In this document: piece by piece, positions 41,474 through 51,623 of the stretch
Position numbering within the stretch: position 1 is the first letter of the stretch
Layout: each line of letters starts with the position of its first letter
Source: an uncultured delta proteobacterium
GTDB lineage: Bacteria > Myxococcota_A > Polyangia > Polyangiales > JAFGIB01
Assembly: GCA_963778655.1 (NCBI GenBank)
Contig: CAVZVA010000005.1
Span: 576,001-640,000, forward strand
Length of the DNA: 64,000 nt
Reading direction: 5' to 3'
Program-made: the position numbers and the translations under genes
The notes under the pieces: generated by a model
Database searches by the model: none
What the model was told of the DNA's origin: nothing
Seen by the model: the letters and a program-made list of their open reading frames with translations, nothing else

Positions 41474-42511
41474 CTACCCGCCCTGGGCGACCTTCCAGCC
41501 GGTCGCGGCGGTCTGGTCGACCACCGTCTTCATCGAGAGCGCGGCCGAGGAGCTGGCGTTGCCCTGCAGGCCTCGCTTGTAGACCCCCTGGATGATGCTC
41601 GCGAGGCGGAAGAAGCCGAAGGCCACGTAGAAGTTCCAGTCCGGGATGCGCTCGCGACCGGTGCGCTTGCAGTACATCGCGATGTACTCGTCCTCGGTGG
41701 GCACGCCCTCGCCGAACGAGAAGGCTTCGAGCGTGTGGTATTTCATGCAGTTGTAGGCCAGATCGGCCATGGGGTGGCCCAGCGTGGACAGCTCCCAGTC
41801 GAGCAGCGCGACCACGCGCGGCTCTTTGGGGTGAAACAACAGGTTGTAGAGCTGGTAGTCCCCATGGACGATGGTGGTGGTGTCGTCGGCAGGCACGTTG
41901 CGGGGCAACCACTCGAGCAGGCGGTCCATCGGCTCGATCTCGTGGGTCTTGGCCGCCAGGTACTGCTTGGTCCAGCGGCTGATCTGGCGCTCGAAGTAGT
42001 TGCCCGGCTTACCGTAGTCGGCCAGGCCCTTGGCCTTGTAGTCGACGCCGTGCAGCGCCACGAGCACGCGGTTCATGTCGTCGTAGGCGGCTCGCCGGTC
42101 GGCCGGGCTCAGGTCGCGCAGCGCGGAGTCGCGGAAGTTGCGCCCCTCGACGTAGTCCATCACGTAGAACGCCGTGCCGATCACCTGCGCGTCCTCGCAC
42201 AGCAGATAGGCCCTGGGCACCGGGACCCCGGTGCCCTCCAGCGCGCGGTAGATGCGATACTCGCGCTCGATTTGGTGCGCCGTGGGCAGCAGCGTGCCGG
42301 GCGGCTTCTTGCGCAGGACAAAGCGGCGGTCGCCGCTGCGCAGCAAGAAGGTGGGGTTTGACTGGCCGCCCTCGAACTGCTTGATCTCGGGCGATCCGAG
42401 GTAGCCCTCGAGGTGCTGGCGCAGGTAGCGATCGAGCGCCTGCTCGTCGAAGCGGTGGGCTTGGCGTATGGGCACCAGACCGGCTTGAATCTCGGGTGTT
42501 TGTTCGCTCAT
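41474..42511 (-). CDS. APH-family phosphotransferase (ACAD10/11 kinase domain, LvaA-like)
   Basis: QFEGGQSNPTF, VLRKKPPG, VHGDY..NL and LDWELSTLGHPMADL motifs. Confidence 0.9.
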   Translation of the reverse strand: MSEQTPEIQAGLVPIRQAHRFDEQALDRYLRQHLEGYLGSPEIKQFEGGQSNPTFLLRSGDRRFVLRKKPPGTLLPTAHQIEREYRIYRALEGTGVPVPRAYLLCEDAQVIGTAFYVMDYVEGRNFRDSALRDLSPADRRAAYDDMNRVLVALHGVDYKAKGLADYGKPGNYFERQISRWTKQYLAAKTHEIEPMDRLLEWLPRNVPADDTTTIVHGDYQLYNLLFHPKEPRVVALLDWELSTLGHPMADLAYNCMKYHTLEAFSFGEGVPTEDEYIAMYCKRTGRERIPDWNFYVAFGFFRLASIIQGVYKRGLQGNASSSAALSMKTVVDQTAATGWKVAQGG

Positions 42512-42531
42512 GACTCGTCCTCGTGGCCTGG

Positions 42532-43749
42532 CTAGTCGCGGTGCTTGCGCAGCTCGAGGCGCGCGATCTGGTCCATGTGGACCTCGTCCGGCCCATCGGC
42601 CAGACGCAGCGTGCGCTGGTTGGCCCAGGCGCCCGCCAGGAAGGTGTCCTGGCACACGCCCATTCCGCCGTGGGCCTGGATCGCGCGGTCGAGTACCCGC
42701 AGCGCCATGCTCGGTGCCAGCACCTTGATGGAGGCGATCTCCTGGCGCGCGTTCTTGTTGCCGACGGTGTCCATCATATATGCGGCGCGCATGGTCATCA
42801 GGCGCGCCTGATCGATCTCGATCCGCGAGCGCGCGATGTCCTGGCGGATGCTGCCCATGTCGGCCAGCTTCTGGCCAAAGGCGACGCGCTTCTGCACCCG
42901 CTTGCACATCAGCTCCAGCGCGCGCTCGGCGCAACCGATCGAGCGCATGCAGTGGTGGATGCGGCCCGGCCCCAGGCGTGCCTGCGCGATCTCGAAGCCG
43001 CGACCCTCGCCCAACAGTAGGTTCGCGACCGGCACCCTGACGTTCTCGAAGGCAATCTCGGCGTGCCCGTGCGGCGCATGATCGTAGCCGAATACCGAGA
43101 GCATGCGCTCGACGGTCACGCCCGGGGTGTCACGTGGCACCACGATCATCGACTGCTGCAGGTGGGTGGCGGCGTGCGGGTCGGTCTTGCCCATGAAGAT
43201 GAAGACCTTGCAGCGCGGGTCGCCGGCGCCCGAGGACCACCACTTGCGGCCGTTGATCACGTAGTGGTCACCGTCGCGCTCGATGCGCGACTGGATATTG
43301 GTCGCGTCCGAGGACGCGACGTCGGGCTCGGTCATGCAGAACGCGGAGCGGATCTCGCCATTCAGCAGCGGCGCCAGCCAGCGCTGCTTCAGCTCCGGGC
43401 TGCCGAAGCGCTCCAGCACTTCCATGTTGCCGGTGTCGGGCGCCGAGCAGTTCATCGCCTCGGACAGCAGTGGGTAGTAGCCGGTGATCTCGGCGATCGG
43501 CGCGTACTCCACGTTGGTCAGGCCGCCGCCGCGCTCGCTATCGGGCAGGAAGAGATTCCATAGGCCCTCGGCGCGGGCCTTCTTCTTCAGCTCTTCCATC
43601 ACCTTCGTCGGTTGCCAGCGGTCGCCCTGCTGCACCTGGGCCGTGAACACCGACTCGGCAGGGGCGACTTGCTTGCGCGCGAACTCGAGCGCCTTGCGTT
43701 GAAGCTCCTTGGCTCGCTCGGAAAACTCGAACGCCATCTCGAAGGCCAT
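42532..43749 (-). CDS. Acyl-CoA dehydrogenase, ACAD10/11 (LvaC-like) subfamily
   Basis: [36 protein letters not shown] and [10 protein letters not shown] motifs. Confidence 0.92.
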   Translation of the reverse strand: MAFEMAFEFSERAKELQRKALEFARKQVAPAESVFTAQVQQGDRWQPTKVMEELKKKARAEGLWNLFLPDSERGGGLTNVEYAPIAEITGYYPLLSEAMNCSAPDTGNMEVLERFGSPELKQRWLAPLLNGEIRSAFCMTEPDVASSDATNIQSRIERDGDHYVINGRKWWSSGAGDPRCKVFIFMGKTDPHAATHLQQSMIVVPRDTPGVTVERMLSVFGYDHAPHGHAEIAFENVRVPVANLLLGEGRGFEIAQARLGPGRIHHCMRSIGCAERALELMCKRVQKRVAFGQKLADMGSIRQDIARSRIEIDQARLMTMRAAYMMDTVGNKNARQEIASIKVLAPSMALRVLDRAIQAHGGMGVCQDTFLAGAWANQRTLRLADGPDEVHMDQIARLELRKHRD

Positions 43750-43789
43750 GAAAACGCATCCTCTCCTCGGGGCCGCAGCCCCAATCGCG

Positions 43790-44932
43790 CTAAAAACCGC
43801 CCAGCCCCGCGAAGCGGTCGCGGTGATAGGCGCCGTCACCGAAGGTCATCTCGCAGGCACGAGCCCGCTTCATGAAGAAGCCGATGTCGTGCTCGTCGGT
43901 CATCCCGATGCCGCCGTGCATCTGCAGCGCCTCGTTCGCGATGTGGCAGTACGCGTCCGACAGCCGCGCCTTGGCCACCGAGACGAGCTGCCGGGCATCC
44001 GGCGCGCCCTCGTCCAGCGCGCGCGCGGCCGCCATCACGACCGAGCGCGAGAGCTCGATCTCGATGTAGATGCGCGCCGCGCGGTGCTTGAGCACCTGGA
44101 AGCTGCCGATCGGCACCCCGAACTGCTTGCGTTCCTTGAGATAGCTGACGGTGCGCGAGAAGGCCTCGCTCATCCCGCCGAGCATTTCCCCGCACAGCGC
44201 GACGGTGGCGCGGTCGACCGCGTCGGCCAGCACGTCGTGGCCCGCGCCGAGCTCCCCGACCACGTCGCCCGCGGTCAGCTCGACGCCGCGCAGGCTGACG
44301 ATGGCCGAGCTCAGCGAGTCCACCCGCTGCTGCCGCTGCTGCGAGAGCCCGGCGGCCTTTGCCGGGACCAGGAAAAGGGTGATGCCTTGGCGCTGGCCGG
44401 CGTCTCCCTCGGTGCGCGCGGCGACCAGGTAGGCATCGGCAAGCACGCCGCCCCAGACCAGCGTCTTGTCGCCACTCAGCCGATAGCCGGCGCCGCTGCG
44501 CTCGGCCCGCGTCGCGATCCGCGCGAGGTCGAAGCGCGAGCCCGGCTCGGCATACGCCAGCGCTAGGACCTTCTCGCCCGCCATCGCCGGGGCCAGCCAC
44601 TGGCCTTTTTGTGCGGCGCTGCCGGCCGCGGCGAGCACGCCACCGGCGAGCACCAGCGACGGGATCAGCGGCTCGGGTGCGAGCCCGCGACCCATGGCCT
44701 CGGTGACGACCACCATTTCCGAAAGGCCCATGCCGAGCCCGCCGTCGGCCTCCGCGAACGGGATCGCGGTCCAGCCCAGCTCCGCCATCTGCTTGTACAC
44801 GGACAGCGAATAGCCGCGCTCGTCGCCCTGGTCGCGCAGCTTGCGCAGCCGGGAGAGCGGCGAGTGCTCGGCGATGAATGCGCCAGCGGTTTGCGCCAGC
44901 ATGTTCTGATCTTCGGTCAACACGAGCTGCAT
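43790..44932 (-). CDS. Acyl-CoA dehydrogenase family protein (likely small subunit of a heteromeric ACAD)
   Basis: [16 protein letters not shown] and [11 protein letters not shown] motifs; degenerate N-terminal FAD motif. Confidence 0.88.
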   Translation of the reverse strand: MQLVLTEDQNMLAQTAGAFIAEHSPLSRLRKLRDQGDERGYSLSVYKQMAELGWTAIPFAEADGGLGMGLSEMVVVTEAMGRGLAPEPLIPSLVLAGGVLAAAGSAAQKGQWLAPAMAGEKVLALAYAEPGSRFDLARIATRAERSGAGYRLSGDKTLVWGGVLADAYLVAARTEGDAGQRQGITLFLVPAKAAGLSQQRQQRVDSLSSAIVSLRGVELTAGDVVGELGAGHDVLADAVDRATVALCGEMLGGMSEAFSRTVSYLKERKQFGVPIGSFQVLKHRAARIYIEIELSRSVVMAAARALDEGAPDARQLVSVAKARLSDAYCHIANEALQMHGGIGMTDEHDIGFFMKRARACEMTFGDGAYHRDRFAGLGGF

Positions 44933-44977
44933 GGGTCGATCACCTGGGGCGGGGGTTGCGGTCACCAAACGAACGCT

Positions 44978-46186
44978 TCAGTCGGGAAGCTCGAGCACGC
45001 GTTTGGCGATGATGTTCAGCTGCACCTCGCTGGTGCCGCCCTCGATCGTATTGCCGCGCGAGCGCAGCCAGGTGCGGGTCTGGGCCAGCTCCTCGGCGTC
45101 GAAGCCGGGGCCCTCCCAGCCCAGACACTGCGGGCCGCGGATGGAGAGCATCAACTCCTCGCGGCGCTGATTGAGCTCGGTGCCGTAGATCTTGAAGATC
45201 GAGGACTCGGGACCCGGCCGGTGGCCAGCCTTCATGCTGTCGGCGTTGCGTTGCACCGTGAGCAGAAAGCACCGCTGGTCCATGCTGATCTGGGCGATGC
45301 GGTCGCGCAGCACTGGGTCGGCGATGCGCCCGTCGCGCGTGCCCAGGTACTTGGTGCCGAGCTCGGCCAGAGCGTTCTTGGGCGGCCCCCCGCTCGGTCC
45401 GCGCGAGGTGGTGCCGCCGAATACGTTGCCGATCATGTTGCGCTCGTGCCCGAGCAGCGCCTTGGCCACGGTCCAGCCGTTGCCCATGCCGTTGATGACG
45501 TTGGCGAGCTTGGCGCGCGCGTCGGTGAAGAAGGTCTCGCAGAAGGGCGAGGCGCCGCTGATCAGCTTGATCGGGCGGATCTCGACGCCGGGCTGCGCCA
45601 CGTCGAGCAGCACGAAGGTGATGCCCTGCTGTTTCTTGGCGCTTCCGTCCGTGCGCACCAGCATGAACATCCAGTCGGACTTGTCACCGTAGCTGGTCCA
45701 CACCTTCTGCCCGTTGATGATCAGCCCGTCGCCCTGCACCACCGCGGAGGTCTGCAGCGAGGCCAGGTCGCTGCCCGCGTTCGGCTCGGAGTAGCCCTGG
45801 CACCAGCGAATCTGGCCGCGCACGATCTTGGGCAGGTGCTCGCGCTTCTGCTCCTCGGTCCCGAACTGGAGCAGGGTGGGGCCGATCATCTGCAAGCCGA
45901 AGCCGGTAAGCGGCGGAGGCAGGCGCAAGCGCCCGAGCTCCTGCTCGAGCACGCGCGCTTGCGCCGCGTCGAGCCCCCCGCCGCCGTATTCCTTGGGCCA
46001 GGTGGGAGCGGTCCAGCCGCGCTCGGCCATCAGCTCGCAGAAGCGCTTGCTGTCCGGGTGTGGCAGCTCGGGTTTGCGACCGCCCCAGTAGCCGGCCTCG
46101 AGCCCGGTCGCACCGCGCAGTCCCGCGGGCGCCTCGCCCTCGAGCACCGCGCGAACCTCGTTGCGAAACGCTTCCAGGTCGCTCAT
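44978..46186 (-). CDS. Acyl-CoA dehydrogenase family protein (likely large subunit)
   Basis: WCQGYSEPNAGSDLASL, NGQKVWTS and TIEGGTSEVQLNII motifs; GGAGG RBS. Confidence 0.9.
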   Translation of the reverse strand: MSDLEAFRNEVRAVLEGEAPAGLRGATGLEAGYWGGRKPELPHPDSKRFCELMAERGWTAPTWPKEYGGGGLDAAQARVLEQELGRLRLPPPLTGFGLQMIGPTLLQFGTEEQKREHLPKIVRGQIRWCQGYSEPNAGSDLASLQTSAVVQGDGLIINGQKVWTSYGDKSDWMFMLVRTDGSAKKQQGITFVLLDVAQPGVEIRPIKLISGASPFCETFFTDARAKLANVINGMGNGWTVAKALLGHERNMIGNVFGGTTSRGPSGGPPKNALAELGTKYLGTRDGRIADPVLRDRIAQISMDQRCFLLTVQRNADSMKAGHRPGPESSIFKIYGTELNQRREELMLSIRGPQCLGWEGPGFDAEELAQTRTWLRSRGNTIEGGTSEVQLNIIAKRVLELPD

Positions 46187-46345
46187 CGAATGCACCTCCG
46201 CGGCGGACGCCCAAGCGTCCGCGACCCCGTTGCTAACAAATAAGCCGCGCGCTTTCCAGCAGGGCTCCAGCGGCCGCCCGCCGGCCGGGGCCCGGCGCGA
46301 CGTTCCCGGCGGCAAAAGCCGTGAATTGCTCCTGGCGGCGCCGAG

Positions 46346-46963
46346 TCAGAGCAGGCCGCGGCGCGCCAGCTCGGCCCGCAGCGCCGCGACGTCCCCATCG
46401 AAGTGCTGCGCGTCCATCCCGACCGCCCGCGCGGCCTCACAGTTGGGCCCCCGGTCATCGACGAACAGGCACTGGGCCGGGCTGCGCCCGAGCGCTGCAC
46501 TCGCGCCCAGGTAGGCGGCGGCGTCGGGCTTACGCACGCCGGTGCGACACGAAACGAAGCTCGGTGCAACCAGGGCGCACACGCCCAGCCGCTCGTCGCA
46601 GAGCTGGTACCAGGCCGGGTAGTTGGATAGCAAATGCATTTGCACGCCGCGATCGCGCAGCTCGCCCAGTAGCGGCGCCATGCCGTCGATCCACGCGTAA
46701 CCGCTGCGCATCGCGCGCTTGAGACCCGGCCCGTCGATCGACCGTCCGTCACGGAAGAAGCTCGCATACAGCTCATCCTCCGAGATTCGCCCGAGCTCGA
46801 ACTCACGCCAGCTGTGGGGGTGCTTGGCCCGCACCAGCTGCTCCAGGCTCATGCCGAAGAACGCAGGCATGTGCGTGAAGAACGGATCGCGCACCAGCGT
46901 GTCCATCAGATCCCAGAGGATCACCTGCTGCCCCTGCGGGCCGCGTTCGGGATCGATTGTCAT
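46346..46963 (-). CDS. HAD-superfamily phosphatase (plant chloroplast FMN hydrolase-like)
   Basis: WDLMDT motif I, LLSNY, RKPD and FVDD motifs. Confidence 0.85.
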   Translation of the reverse strand: MTIDPERGPQGQQVILWDLMDTLVRDPFFTHMPAFFGMSLEQLVRAKHPHSWREFELGRISEDELYASFFRDGRSIDGPGLKRAMRSGYAWIDGMAPLLGELRDRGVQMHLLSNYPAWYQLCDERLGVCALVAPSFVSCRTGVRKPDAAAYLGASAALGRSPAQCLFVDDRGPNCEAARAVGMDAQHFDGDVAALRAELARRGLL

Positions 46964-46988
46964 GAGCGTCCAAGAGGACAGGGCCGAA

Positions 46989-47034
46989 TAGGAAGACCCG
47001 AAGCACAGCGGACGCGCGTTCCTTCGGCCCTTCC
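46989..47034. repeat. Degenerate third GAAG/CTTC palindrome downstream of lexA
   Basis: GGAAGACCCGAAG...CTTCGGCCCTTCC. Confidence 0.4.
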
Positions 47035-47070
47035 GCGGCTCTCCGAGAACCCGCCTGCGGATGCGACGAT

Positions 47071-47730
47071 CTAGTTGAACTTCCTATACAGGGCGACGAC
47101 TACGCCCAGCAGCTGAGTCGAGCGCCAGTCGTGCTTGTAAATCACGATGTCCTGCATGTTGTCGTTGGCAGGCACCAGGCGCACCCGGTCGGGCTCCGGA
47201 TAGTAGTACTTGCAGGTCGCTTCCTCGCCGACCAGCGCCACCACGATGTCGCCCTTGTGCGCGTCGATCTGTTTGCGCACGAACACGTAGTCGCCGTCGT
47301 TGATGCCGGCGTTGATCATGGACTCGCCGCTGATGCGCAGGCCGAAGACCTCGCGGGCGCCGCCGACGAGCACGCGGCCCACGCGCACCGTGTCCTCGGG
47401 TTGCTGGATCGCCTCGGCGAGCTGACCGGCTGCCACGCGTCCCACGATCGGGATCTCGATCAGGTCCTCGGTATCGTCTTCGGCGACGACCGCCGCGCCG
47501 AGTGCGACGCCGTTGCCGCCGCGCGTAGGCCGCAACGCCCGTGACTTCATGTCCTCGCGCGCGAGGTAGCCCTTGCGCTCCAGAGCACGCAGGTGGTCGT
47601 TGACCCCGTTGGTGCTGCGAATGCCCATGAAGTTGCCGATCTCCCGCAGCGTGGGCGGATAGCCGCGCTGCGTGATCGATGACTCGATGTACTGCAGGAC
47701 CATTTCTTGTCGCTGGGTGAGCTTTTGCAC
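47071..47730 (-). CDS. lexA: SOS repressor LexA
   Basis: LTQRQ...GYPPTLREIG...HLRALERKGY, VAAG cleavage site, GESM Ser and ATCK Lys; GTG start after GAGGG. Confidence 0.95.
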   Translation of the reverse strand: MQKLTQRQEMVLQYIESSITQRGYPPTLREIGNFMGIRSTNGVNDHLRALERKGYLAREDMKSRALRPTRGGNGVALGAAVVAEDDTEDLIEIPIVGRVAAGQLAEAIQQPEDTVRVGRVLVGGAREVFGLRISGESMINAGINDGDYVFVRKQIDAHKGDIVVALVGEEATCKYYYPEPDRVRLVPANDNMQDIVIYKHDWRSTQLLGVVVALYRKFN

Positions 47731-47781
47731 GGAAACCCTCGCGTTGAAGAAGACACTGCTCGTGCGAATAGGTAAGACAAA

Positions 47782-47810
47782 TGAATACGGAACGTCCGCC
47801 CAGATGTCAA
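47782..47810 (-). promoter_or_regulatory. Candidate sigma70 promoter of lexA
   Basis: TTGACA-N17-TATTCA on the minus strand within an AT-rich patch. Confidence 0.55.
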
Positions 47811-48008
47811 ATTTCATTGTGCTGGGACGTCTCGGGCGGGGTGCGCGCGACTCTGCGGGCCGGTCCTCGGGATCCAGCTTGCAAGCCCTCGGCGCACGCG
47901 CGATTCGACGGTTTCGGGGCGCGCCCGCCCTCGGGCTTGCGTTGAGCCCTGACCCGCAAAGCTCACGGGGCCGCAGGGGTGCGTGCCGGGGCCGGCGAGC
48001 GGCTAGAT

Positions 48009-49022
48009 CTAGCCGTCGCGGCGGGCGCGGCGCGCGCGCAGGCGCGCCGCCAGCACCTCGAGTGGATTGAAGCCCAGGATGCTGGTGGTGCTGCCGACGC
48101 GCGCCACGTGCTCGCGTGCCAGTTGCGCGACCGGCGCCATTAGACGGTAGATGTCGATGCCCCCGAGCCAGGCGCGCGCGCGCGAGCCCGCCGCGCGCGC
48201 CGCGTCGGCCGCCAGCGCCACGTTCGCGTACGCGGGCGCCGGGTGCAGGATCACTTCGCGCAACGCGACCGCGCGCGCCCAGGCGCCCGGGTTGGGGTCG
48301 CGCAACAGCGCCTCGATGCGCTCGCGCTGCGCGAACAGGCCCAGGTGCAGCGGGGCTATGGTCCTGGCGACGGCGCGCTGGATCACGCGTTGGTCGCGCC
48401 GGTAGTCGCCGCCCAGCGGCCCGCTCCACTCCAGCAGCAGCTCCGGCCCCACGATGCGATCGATCTCGCCGCCGCGGCGGTGGATCGCGCACGCGGTCCA
48501 CAGCTCCGCGCCTTCCCACAGCGCCACCAGCAGCACGCGGTCGTCGGGCAGCAGCAGGTCGATCGCCCGGTCGAGCATGCCGGCGGTGGGCAGCGGCAGT
48601 CGCGAGCGCGGCGGCCAGAACAGCAGCTTGCCCTCGTCCTCGAGCTCGCGCGCCGCGCCCAGCAGGCACAGCCACTGCGCCGCGTAGCCTCCGTCGAGCG
48701 GCATGCGCTGCGCGGCGCGCTCCGTGATCTCCTCGATCGCGCCGTCGTCGATGGCGACCGCCCCCTGTACGGACAGCTGCTCGCACAGCGCGGGCAAGTC
48801 GCCTGCGTCCGCCACCGCTTCGGGCTCGACCGGCCCGCGACCGGTCACGAACGCTGCGCAGGGCTTGCCCGCGCCGTCACGCACCAGCACCAGGGTGCCC
48901 TGCTTGGGTGGCGCTTCCGGCGCGCTCTCCGGAGCGCGCGCCCCACGCGAGCCGAACAGCGACAGCAGGTTGAGCCACGCCCGGGTGTCAAATCCCTCGA
49001 AGCGAAAGTCCTCGCTGATCAT
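48009..49022 (-). CDS. Hypothetical protein
   Basis: 337-aa ORF with consistent codon usage; ATGA overlap with the upstream glycosidase gene. Confidence 0.75.
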   Translation of the reverse strand: MISEDFRFEGFDTRAWLNLLSLFGSRGARAPESAPEAPPKQGTLVLVRDGAGKPCAAFVTGRGPVEPEAVADAGDLPALCEQLSVQGAVAIDDGAIEEITERAAQRMPLDGGYAAQWLCLLGAARELEDEGKLLFWPPRSRLPLPTAGMLDRAIDLLLPDDRVLLVALWEGAELWTACAIHRRGGEIDRIVGPELLLEWSGPLGGDYRRDQRVIQRAVARTIAPLHLGLFAQRERIEALLRDPNPGAWARAVALREVILHPAPAYANVALAADAARAAGSRARAWLGGIDIYRLMAPVAQLAREHVARVGSTTSILGFNPLEVLAARLRARRARRDG

Positions 49023-51088
49023 CGCCGGCCGTCCCTGCTCTCGACCGGGTCGAGCTCATCGCTGCGCAACACCAGCAACATGCGGCAACTGCCAGCCGCG
49101 AGCGCAACCCGCAGCGGGTTGGTCGCCGCGAAGTGCTCGCCCGTGATCGCATCGGCCAGCCTCAGCGGTTGCGCCAGGTGCAGCTCCGCGTGGAGATCGA
49201 GTGGGCCCGGGTTGACCAGGAACAGGACTCGGGGCCCGTGCTCGTCTTCATGCAGCGTCGCCTGCACCGGGTGCGGCGAAACCGCGAGCGCGGGTTGCAG
49301 CCCCAGCTCGACCGCCAGCTCGCGCACCACGTGCCGCGCGTCGGCCTGATCTCGCACGCGCAACGGCGGCCGCTCCGACGGCGGCTCGAAGCGGTGCGGG
49401 CGCATGCGCGCGTCCAGGTGCGGCAGCTGCGGCCCCCACAGCACCTGCCCGCCGCGCTGCGCGAAGCGCGTCATGCGCTCCCAGCGCGCGGGCTCGGCGA
49501 ACTCGAAGCTGGGCGCGATCAGCACGCGCAGGCCGTCGATCGCTTCGAGCTCGGCGTCGCTCTCCGCGTATACGAACGGAATCTGCTCCGCGCACAGCGC
49601 CTCATCCAGGCGCGAGAGCAACGGCTCCCACTCGCGCTGGATAGGTTGCTCGAAGCCGAAGCGCTCGAAGCGGCACGCGGCGCCCGCGCTCAGCCCGGCG
49701 AGGTCGAGCAGGTTCGGGCTCAGCGCGCCCAGCGCGTGCGTGGCGCGCGACAGCCGCGCGTACTCCTTGGGGATGCACAGCGCCACCTCGACCCGCCGTT
49801 TCAGGCGGTGGAAGTCGACCTGGTGCAGAGCATCGAGCAAGCGCTGCCAGCGCTTCGCGCTCGGGCGTCGCTCCCCGTCACGGGCCAGCGGCGCGCCGAA
49901 CCAGCGATCGCGATCGACCGCCATGTACAGGTTGAAGCCGCGCAGGCCATGCGCGCAGGCGCACATCGCGCTGAACAGCGCGTCGGCATCCGAGCGCGCG
50001 CCGAACCAGGGCGGCGCGCCCACCCCCAGCTCGGGCGCGAACGGCAGCTTGGTGCTGCCAGCCAGGCGCAGCGTGCGCTTGCGCGCGTGCTCCAGCCCGC
50101 GCTGCCCGTGGTAGTAGTCGAGCCCCACCAGGTCGACCACGCGCGCGAGCGAGCTGAGCGGCGTGGGCAACCCACCTTCCCCCATCGGCAGATTGTGCAC
50201 CGTGGGCAGCCCGTCGAGCCCGGCGCCGGCCAACTGGCGCGCCATCGTGGCCAGGCTGTCGCGCAACAAGACCTCGTGGAACTCGACCCAGTCCAGATAA
50301 GGCCGTAGCCCCTCGCAGGCGCCAGCGGGCGCGTCGAAGCGGCGCGGCGGGGGCACCCGCTCGAAGCTCGCGTGGTTGGTGCCGTAGGCGGCGTTGAGCT
50401 GCTCGATCGTGCCGTAGCGCTGTGCCAGGAAGTGCTCGAAGCCTGCCAGCGCATCGGGGTGGTAGTCGCTGTCGTAGGGTGCGTCGCGAAAGAAGAAGGA
50501 GAGCTCGTTGTCCACCTGCAGCAACGCGATCGGTCCGCGCGGCCAGCGGCGCGAGGCCGCCACCGCGCCGACCGCGCGAAACCAGGCCCCCGTCTGTTGC
50601 AGAAAATGCCCGCTTGCATACGAAGGCACCGGAAAGCTGCGCGGTGGCGCCGGCAGCGGCAGCAGCCGCCCGCGCGCGGAGCGCGCCTGGTTGCGCTCGT
50701 CCATCACCACGCGCCGCGGCAGCCCGAAGTACGCCAGCTCGGCGTTGATGTTGGGCCCGGGCCGCAGGAACACATACAGCCCGAGCTCGTATGCGAGATC
50801 GAGAAACGCGCCCAGGTCCTTCTGGGGGTCGTGCTCGCCGAAGTCGAAGTTGCCCTCGGCCGTCTCGTGCACACCCCAGGGCACGTAGGTCTCGACCAGC
50901 TCGAGGCCGAGCCCGCGCAGCGCCTCGAGCGCAGGCCGCCAGTACGCAGGCGACAGCCTGAAATAGTGCAGCGCGCCGCAGTAGAGCGGCAGCAGGCGGT
51001 CGCCCAGGCGCAGCCCGCCGGGCTCGAGAATCGGCACGCTGCTGACAGCAGCGCTGGCAGCGCGGGCCGATGGCCGGTGGGCGCTCAT
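49019..51088 (-). CDS. Beta-galactosidase-like glycoside hydrolase (GH35/GH42)
   Basis: GALHYFR, ETYVPWGVHE, RPGPNINAE, QVDNE, APELG and GFNLYM motifs. Confidence 0.85.
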   Translation of the reverse strand: MSAHRPSARAASAAVSSVPILEPGGLRLGDRLLPLYCGALHYFRLSPAYWRPALEALRGLGLELVETYVPWGVHETAEGNFDFGEHDPQKDLGAFLDLAYELGLYVFLRPGPNINAELAYFGLPRRVVMDERNQARSARGRLLPLPAPPRSFPVPSYASGHFLQQTGAWFRAVGAVAASRRWPRGPIALLQVDNELSFFFRDAPYDSDYHPDALAGFEHFLAQRYGTIEQLNAAYGTNHASFERVPPPRRFDAPAGACEGLRPYLDWVEFHEVLLRDSLATMARQLAGAGLDGLPTVHNLPMGEGGLPTPLSSLARVVDLVGLDYYHGQRGLEHARKRTLRLAGSTKLPFAPELGVGAPPWFGARSDADALFSAMCACAHGLRGFNLYMAVDRDRWFGAPLARDGERRPSAKRWQRLLDALHQVDFHRLKRRVEVALCIPKEYARLSRATHALGALSPNLLDLAGLSAGAACRFERFGFEQPIQREWEPLLSRLDEALCAEQIPFVYAESDAELEAIDGLRVLIAPSFEFAEPARWERMTRFAQRGGQVLWGPQLPHLDARMRPHRFEPPSERPPLRVRDQADARHVVRELAVELGLQPALAVSPHPVQATLHEDEHGPRVLFLVNPGPLDLHAELHLAQPLRLADAITGEHFAATNPLRVALAAGSCRMLLVLRSDELDPVESRDGRR

Positions 51089-51189
51089 GGCGGCGGGGAG
51101 GATAGCCGACGGGGCGAGGCCCAGCCAGGTTGCGAAGCTTGCGGCGGCGCAACGTTGGAGGCGTGGGCCGGATCGCATAGGCTGCCGGC

Positions 51190-51573
51190 ATGTCGCTGCT
51201 GCTGATCGCCATGGGCGGCGCGCTCGGTACGCTGATGCGCTACGGCGTCACCATCGGGCTCGGCCGCGCGCTGGGAACGGAACTCCCGTACGGCACCTGG
51301 GCGGCGAACCTGTGCGGCTCGTTTCTGCTCGGCGTGGTGGCCGAGGTCTTCAGCGGGGCGACCATCGCCGGCACCGACGCACGTTTGATCCTCGGCGTGG
51401 GCGTGATGGGCGGCTTCACCACCTATTCGTCGTTCAACCTGGAGCTGCTGCGCATGCTGGAGCAGGGCTCGCTCGCGCGCTCGTTTGGCTACCTCGCCGT
51501 GACGCTGATCGCCTGCCTGCTGGCCGGCGCGGCCGGGGTCGCGCTGGCGCGGATCATCAGCCAGGCAGGTTGA
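51190..51573 (+). CDS. crcB: Fluoride channel Fluc/CrcB
   Basis: GGALG..RY, PYGT..NL.GSF and GGFTTYSSF motifs; 4 TM segments. Confidence 0.92.
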   Translation: MSLLLIAMGGALGTLMRYGVTIGLGRALGTELPYGTWAANLCGSFLLGVVAEVFSGATIAGTDARLILGVGVMGGFTTYSSFNLELLRMLEQGSLARSFGYLAVTLIACLLAGAAGVALARIISQAG

Positions 51574-51623
51574 GGCCTGCTCGGGCGCGCCACGCGCCGG
51601 TGGCTCGCTCGCGTCGCCGCGCG

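Noticed and set aside
43726..43749. MAFE-MAFE 12-bp duplication at the ACAD start
   Set aside because: Short, imperfect and in frame; it only makes the start codon ambiguous.
51089..51189. Fluoride riboswitch upstream of crcB
   Set aside because: No match by eye to the GGCGATGG...GCTGATGAC-type consensus; an Rfam scan would settle it.
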